Shown here in pieces: positions 58,064 to 64,000 of a stretch of DNA of 64,000 nucleotides (position 1 is the first letter of the stretch; every line of letters starts with the position of its first letter). This DNA comes from Amoebidium appalachense. Its lineage: Eukaryota > Protista > Ichthyosporea. Position numbers and translations under genes: made by a program. Location: assembly GCA_963693365.1 (NCBI GenBank), contig CAVNZM010000008.1, positions 5,294,310 through 5,358,309 of the forward strand. The letters run 5' to 3'. The notes under the pieces are model-generated. The model was not told where the DNA came from and did not search any database. It was given only the letters and a program-made list of their open reading frames with translations.

Positions 58064-58429
58064 TATATGAGCGTAATCAGCGGCATAGTATAGGGGGAGC
58101 CATGAGGCTCGGGCAGGGTCTCGGCGGATCTGGTCTCTGCCTATGACTCCAAGTACAAATTCATATACGTGTGATTGTGGGACAATCTCACTCATACATC
58201 TCGGCGGCGGGAGTGAGCTCGCCCCGAGCTCATAGCAGTGCGCAGTGGAAAGCGGCTAGGCCATCAGAGGGCGGTCGGGCTGTCTCTGCTACCATATATG
58301 AGCGTAATCAGCGGCATAGTATAGGGGGAGCCATGAGGCTCGGGCAGGGTCTCGGCGGATCTGGTCTCTGCCTATGACTCCAAGTACAAATTCATATGCG
58401 TGTGATTGTGGGACAATCTCACTCATACA
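58064..58429 (-). mobile_element. TRIM (miniature LTR retrotransposon): two 135-bp LTRs, tRNA-iMet PBS, target-site duplication
   Basis: Direct repeats 58064-58198 and 58295-58429 differ at 1 nt. Minus-strand LTR is tgtatgag...ctcatata; TGGTAGCAGAG directly follows the 5' LTR; ccct(t) flanks both ends. Confidence 0.9.
58234..58294 (+). pseudogene. Degenerate initiator tRNA-Met copy with encoded CCA inside the TRIM
   Basis: agcagtgcgcagtggaaagcggctaggccatcagagggcggtcgggctgtctctgctacca is collinear with eukaryotic tRNAiMet (AGCAGAGTGGCGCAGYGGAAGCGTGCTGGGCCCAT..CAGAGG..CTCTGCTACCA), with deletions. Confidence 0.75.
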
Positions 58430-58459
58430 CCCTTGGACATCGCTTGTACTCCAATTTCT

Positions 58460-58494
58460 ATAATCCACCTCCGGAGAGTCCGGAGGTGGATTAT
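58460..58494. repeat. Perfect 16-bp inverted repeat with a 3-nt loop
   Basis: ataatccacctccgga-gag-tccggaggtggattat. Confidence 0.9.
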
Positions 58495-59258
58495 GCGCGA
58501 AATGTTCAACGCCGTGTGAAGGTTTAAACCAATGAAAATTCATGTCGTGAGACCTTTTTACATTTCTCTCTCGGCCAATTGTCGGCAGTGCAATATAGCC
58601 AAAAAAAGTCAAAGTGGAAAAGGCGCCAAACGGAAAGTCCGTTGCTACCGCCTGCATGGTGAGCCTGCATGCGACAGCCCGAGCCACAGCCACACACAGC
58701 CGGCCACGTGTGGTAGGTCGTATAAAAACAAGCCCCCCCTCAACTATTCTTCCTCTTCGCGGCCAACTTGTAGGCAACTTTTTTTTCCTTTTTTGTCCTA
58801 CACTTATTTTTCCCTAGGCTTCTTCCTCTTTTCGCTTTTACGTAGTTTTTTCAACAATCACCACCACCTGCTCTAGCAGTCTCCTACGTAGCGCGGGCCA
58901 CCATGGCCATCGCCGATGCATGCACATTGCGCCTAATATGGGGGGTGCGGCATGCCAGGAGCTACTACTAGAGAGAAGGGGGGGTATGATTGGAGGGGGG
59001 GGTGTTCAGCTAACCTTATATGGATAAAGCAAAGTTACAAGGATTCAAGCCATTGGTTGGGCAAGACCCCTTTTGCCGAATATGGATAACAGATCATACA
59101 CGGCTGTAGGCGGCGGTCAGGAATTGGCGCGCTCTTTACTGGTCACAACCAGTCCGGGAAGGCCATGAGCAGCATTGCCGAGCACACTGGAATACGGGAA
59201 TGTTTGCGGTAACGTAGTCGCACTAGGGGGGCAGGGGGCCAGGCCCCAAGTGTTTAAA

Positions 59259-60514
59259 ATGAAGCCAGGCTGCCCTAAGGGCACAACAGCGCCCTGGGCA
59301 TAAAACAGGCGGAGCTAGGGAAGGAGCTGGGCGCAAAAAAAAAGATGCTGCATTTGTTCAGCCTTTAGCGAACTTTGCAGGTTTTGGGACGGCAAACAAA
59401 GCTGTTTTGCAGGAACTAAACGTAAACGTACAACCCGAACAGCCCCCTCTATCTAAGGCCGCCGACATAAGGGCCCGTGTAGTTGAGGCAGGTAGCGTCC
59501 ATTCGTTACCAAGAGAAATGGATCGGGCCCCTGCTCCACACCCACCAGACATACAGGTGCAACCCGACGAGGAACCTTTGCTAAATGCAGCAGCAGATGC
59601 GTACCGGGTAGACGAGGATGAAGGGGAGGAAGAGGGAGAAGATAATACGGACGGGGATGACGGTGGAGAGGAGTTTTCTGACGCGGCGGGCGAAACAATC
59701 AAGTCGCACCTGCACACAGTGAAAGAGAGTCTCAAAGATGAGAAGACGCCTGTGGGGTGGCATCTTCCACCTCCCATTATAGGCTTTAAATTTGGGGGCG
59801 ATCCAGCGCCTTTCTACAAACCCAGATGTTTTGCCTGGCTTCCGGAAAGGTTGTCTCCCGGTTTCATGGTGCCGTGCCCCTTCGATGATCACTACGTGGA
59901 CCCCCACAACCACCCCAACCCACACCGTACTTCTCGCAATGGGTTCATGAGCAACCCCGTCGGACGGCGTGTTATCGACTTTGACAGCTGCTACTACATT
60001 ATCACGGCCCGGTACTTTTGTGACACATGCAAAAAAAACTTTGCCGGCACAAACCCCCAGACAATTAAACGCCTTCCACTCTTCATGCGTGATCAGTTTC
60101 CGGCCTACCTTAGCCACCGCAGTGGGCTCGACCTAAAGGTGGTAACATTGTTGCGTGCACTGGCAGACAAAGGTGTGGGCCCAAACGCCTTTGCCACCCT
60201 CCTCTCGGAGCTCCACAAGCAGCGATACGACGAGCAGCGGCTCCTGTATTACTCGAGGGCGCTGCATTGGACCAAGTATGAACTCAAAAAGCGTAACGAT
60301 TTCCGCCCCCACGACCAGCGCCTGACAGAACTTCCCCCAGAGGAGCAGGCGGCTAAGTTCTCGGCGTTTGGTGACAAAAATGGTTACGCTGGACATGTGC
60401 CTTCAGGCAAGTGTGCACTGCATTTTGGGTGTGTAAATGGTCCCCATTGTTTTGTATGCACGTGCTTGGGCATTTTTTGGGTTGGCTTGGTAGGGTTTTG
60501 TTTTATTATTTTTT

Positions 60515-60546
<32 letters not shown>

Positions 60547-60663
60547 GGGGGACTTGGAAATGGGTTTTGGAAGTGTGGTCAATAAGTTTCTATTATGGTG
60601 GTGGTGGATGTGTGGTGGTGGATGTGCGCCTGTGAGTGTGCGTGTACTTGTGGGTCCGTGTGT

Positions 60664-60708
<45 letters not shown>

Positions 60709-60761
60709 GGGGGGACATGGTGATGGATTAGGTGGTGGTGGTGGCAATCAGTCATGGTGGT

Positions 60762-60802
<41 letters not shown>

Positions 60803-60951
60803 GGGCAGAGGGATCATCAGAGGGGTGAAAGCATAACGGTCCATGTACCAGCGAGTGTGCTTGGGAAATCGTGGAGAACTGTTATGCCTGAAATTAGATG
60901 GTGGGTGTGCGCATGTGTGTCTGTGTGTGTTGGGGGAAAGGAGGTGGAGAG

Positions 60952-61000
<49 letters not shown>

Positions 61001-61179
61001 CATGGTGGTAGACTGGATCTTGGTGGCGGTACTTAATGGTTATTATAGTAGTGGCAGGAGGGTGTGGGGGGGAAGGGCAAACGGACGTGCAGGGGACAAA
61101 CTGCAGATGGGGCACAAAGGGGAAAGAAGGTGAAAGTTGGTGCAATGACTTGGAGGGTTTGCGCGCGCCGGGGGCGGGG

Positions 61180-61211
<32 letters not shown>

Positions 61212-61900
61212 TGCAAACGGCCGGAGATGGGTGTGTAGCGTTTTTGAGATGGGAAAAGCCATACAGACTTACGAAAATACAGAGAGGTGAGATGAACACG
61301 AGGGACTAGAGGGAATGGGGGGGATGGTCCTGATGGGAGGGTGGTGGAGTTCTAACAGTACTTGGGGTTCAGGCAAATACCTGAGTGCCGTGTATACTGA
61401 GTTCAGCGACCGCACGGCAAAGTACCAGAGCCTGGACACGCAGCTCAAGCCCGTAAACAACGTGCTCAAGGCCGACCACACCTTCCAAATTGGGAAGCTC
61501 ACCGGCATCAATGGGGAGCCTCTGTACCGAGGCCTATGGACTTGTGTAAACGAGCTTGGCGGTGTGTGGTCCCTCCTCTTCTCCCCCCTCCCCCCACTCT
61601 CCCCCAGGCCACCTTCCCCCCTCCCCCCCCCCACACACACGCCCACCCCCCCCCCCCCCCCCCCAGACACACACACACCCTCCCCCCCCCCCCCCCCCTC
61701 CCCCTCTAGGGCCTTTAAATCTCTTAGGCTCCACATTTAATGAGGTGGCACACTGTGAGTAGAGGTTTGTAGTATGTGGGTTTTGGGGACAATTCTTGCC
61801 CTGTCGAGCAAAAACTAGGAAGCTCCAGATATGTGTGTATGTGTTTTTGCTGGGTAGAGATTGGGGTGGGCTGGGGTGGAGCTTTCTTTTGGCGGGGAAT

Positions 61901-61941
<41 letters not shown>

Positions 61942-64000
61942 AGCTTCTGCCAAGCAGAATGGGAGTAGGGGCCAGTGATTGCAAGGGATGCAGGGGGGGG
62001 GGGGGGGGGGGGAGACACCACCGTCGGGGTTGAAGGTAGAGAGGGCAAGAGGCCCGGGGTGGGGTGGGGTGGGGGGGGGGGGGGGGGGGGACAGTAGATG
62101 CCATATGGAGGGCTGTCCCATGGTTTGGGGGGAGGGGGAGTGGGGAAGGATCGTGGGCACATGGGTTTGGGGGGGAAGGCAGAGAGGGGGAAAGGATTGT
62201 GATCACAAGGGTTTAGGGGGGAAAAGGGGGAAGGATTGTAGGTACATGGGTTTAGGGGGGAGGGGGGGGGAAGATTTTGGGGGAAAGGGAGGCCTGGGGA
62301 AAGTATGTGGGCACATGGGTTTGGGGGGAAGGAGGGGGAAGGGTTTTGGGGGGAGAGGGAGGGGAAAGTATGTGGGCACATGGGTTTGGGGGGAGGGAGG
62401 GGGAAAGGATTGTGTGGGCACTGAAGTCTCGGGAAGGGCCATGTGGTAAGGGAAGCTAGAACATGCATGGCTGCTCGGAGATGCCCTCTCACACAGTGCG
62501 GCACCCCAGAGATCCGGGCGCAGGTATTTACACGGGACTGCAGCCACCAGGAGATTGAGCCCGTGATCCAGCGCATCTCTGCCACCACGGCGGCGCTCAA
62601 CAGCAAGGCCCCGGCCTTCTTCTACACAGATCGGTGCTGCCAAGACCGGGCGTTTGTTGAGCGCATGTTTCCAACCCTAGCCCGGCCAAAATGCCCCGTC
62701 CGTCTGAACGAGGCTGCGCTGGTAAGCGTGACGGACGGTCTGCCTGGGCTGGAGCTGCCGGCCAACTACCCTAAGCCGGTGTACACCGACTGCCAGGGGG
62801 CGGTGGTGGCTACAGCGGCCATTCGTGCCGACCTGGAGGGGCAGCAGCACCGCGTGGTGGGGCTGGACTGCGAGTGGGTCTATCGGGTGGGCCAGGCGCG
62901 GTCCAAGGTTTGCACGCTGCAGATTGCCACCGCACGGGCCGTGTACATCTTCCACTTGGCACGCATGGGCCCCAACCACAGCCCGCCCGCGCGGCTGGTG
63001 GACGAGCTGATTGCGCTGCTTAGGGACCCCAGCATCATCAAGGTGGGCAAGCAGATCGGCACGGACTCGGCCCACCTCAACAAGGACTACGGCACCCCTG
63101 TGGCCAGCTATCTGGAGCTGGGCCGGTTCTGCTATGCCCGTGCAGCTATCACCTCTGCGGCCCGGGGCTTGGCCGACATCACTGCCCAGGTCATAGGCAA
63201 GAAGCTGCCCAAGCCGGCACTTGTTCGATGCTCCAACTGGCACGAGCCGCTATCAGAGGTGCAGGCCACCTACGCTGCCCTTGATGCATATGCGTCCCTG
63301 CAGGTCTACTCGGCCGTGGTCGATAGGCCAAACCTGTCAGGTGTGTATCCCACCTGCTTTTTGCCCCAGTGCTTATGTGCTTATGCCAGATATAGAAAGA
63401 TTGTGGGCCCCCCAGAGGGAGAGGGGAGGGGGAGGAGGGGGGGGGGGGGGGGGGGGTGGCTGACCACATGGGCCAGTGTTCCAGTTGTGTTATGCTGGGT
63501 GTCGGGTGGCTATCAAAGGAGGGGGTGATTGGTGGTGGTGGTGGTGGGGGGGGGGGGGGGGGGGGGGGGCTATAGCACTGTTAACACGTGCAAGTGCCAC
63601 ACAAGCTGGGCACTGGGAGAGGGGGGGGGGGGGGGGGAGGGAGAAGGGGGGGGGGGGGGGGGGGAAGGGGGTTGCTAAGGAATATGCATTTGATTTTTGT
63701 GGAGCGAAGAGAAAAACGTTGGTGCTGTGGCTTTTTGGCTGAGTTTTTTGCTTCCCTCTATGACATGCAGCGCGGCTTCATGCAAAGGCACTCGGTGAAG
63801 GGGTTGAGATTGTGCCCAGGCGGGGCCCACATGCTGCAGCAGCCACCGGGGTGGTGCTGGCTGTGCAGCCGGAGCGCTGGGGGGGCATGAAGGTGGGCAA
63901 GAAGCATGCAGTGGTGCGGGTGGATCAGGTGCTGTCGCCGGCCATGCAGGTGCCCTTTGGCCCCGACAAGGGCAAGACCCTGGGAGAGCTGGGCCCGCCG
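59259..64000 (+). mobile_element. Dada-like DDE transposase gene with inserted DEDDy 3'-5' exonuclease (exons ~59259-60406, 61373-61561, 62510-63340, ~63820-end); truncated by the window end
   Basis: N-terminal Cys domain (FAWLP..CP..GRRVIDFDSCYYIITARYFCDTC..FPAYLSHRSG); putative catalytic D1 in LKADHTF and D2 in FYTDRCC; then a WRN-type exonuclease (VGLDCEW, LQIA, KVG..IGTD, YAALDA). The first intron is GC-AG. One frameshift near 59292. Confidence 0.75.

Noticed and set aside
58234-58294. Functional tRNA gene, or the Dada insertion target
   Set aside because: The T arm and anticodon loop are deleted, CCA is encoded, and it sits between two LTRs, so it belongs to the TRIM.

Overview
Eukaryotic genomic DNA, very intron-rich and full of (GT)n/(CA)n, (CT)n and poly-C/poly-G tracts; most track ORFs are microsatellite artefacts. 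Gene content suggests a unicellular opisthokont, possibly an ichthyosporean (inference only). Host genes: an exon of a cyclic-nucleotide-binding protein, a 3-exon fungal-type NADP-glutamate dehydrogenase, a 2-exon FAD2-like desaturase, a ~28 kb DENND5/Rab6IP1-like gene (DENN-RUN-PLAT-RUN), an unknown minus-strand gene and an orphan GH20 exon. Mobile DNA is the most interesting part. (i) Eight copies, in three subfamilies, of a non-coding repeat with variable 5' ends and a 3' end fixed against poly(C); it has co-varying stems and a possible pseudoknot. (ii) A 366-bp TRIM whose internal region is a degenerate antisense copy of nearly the whole initiator tRNA-Met. (iii) A Crypton-like miniature element with a 154-nt GA-mismatch hairpin and a spliced 95-aa ORF. 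(iv) A Dada-like DDE transposase with an inserted DEDDy exonuclease, running off the window end. (v) A LINE remnant. All calls are by eye; no searches were run.
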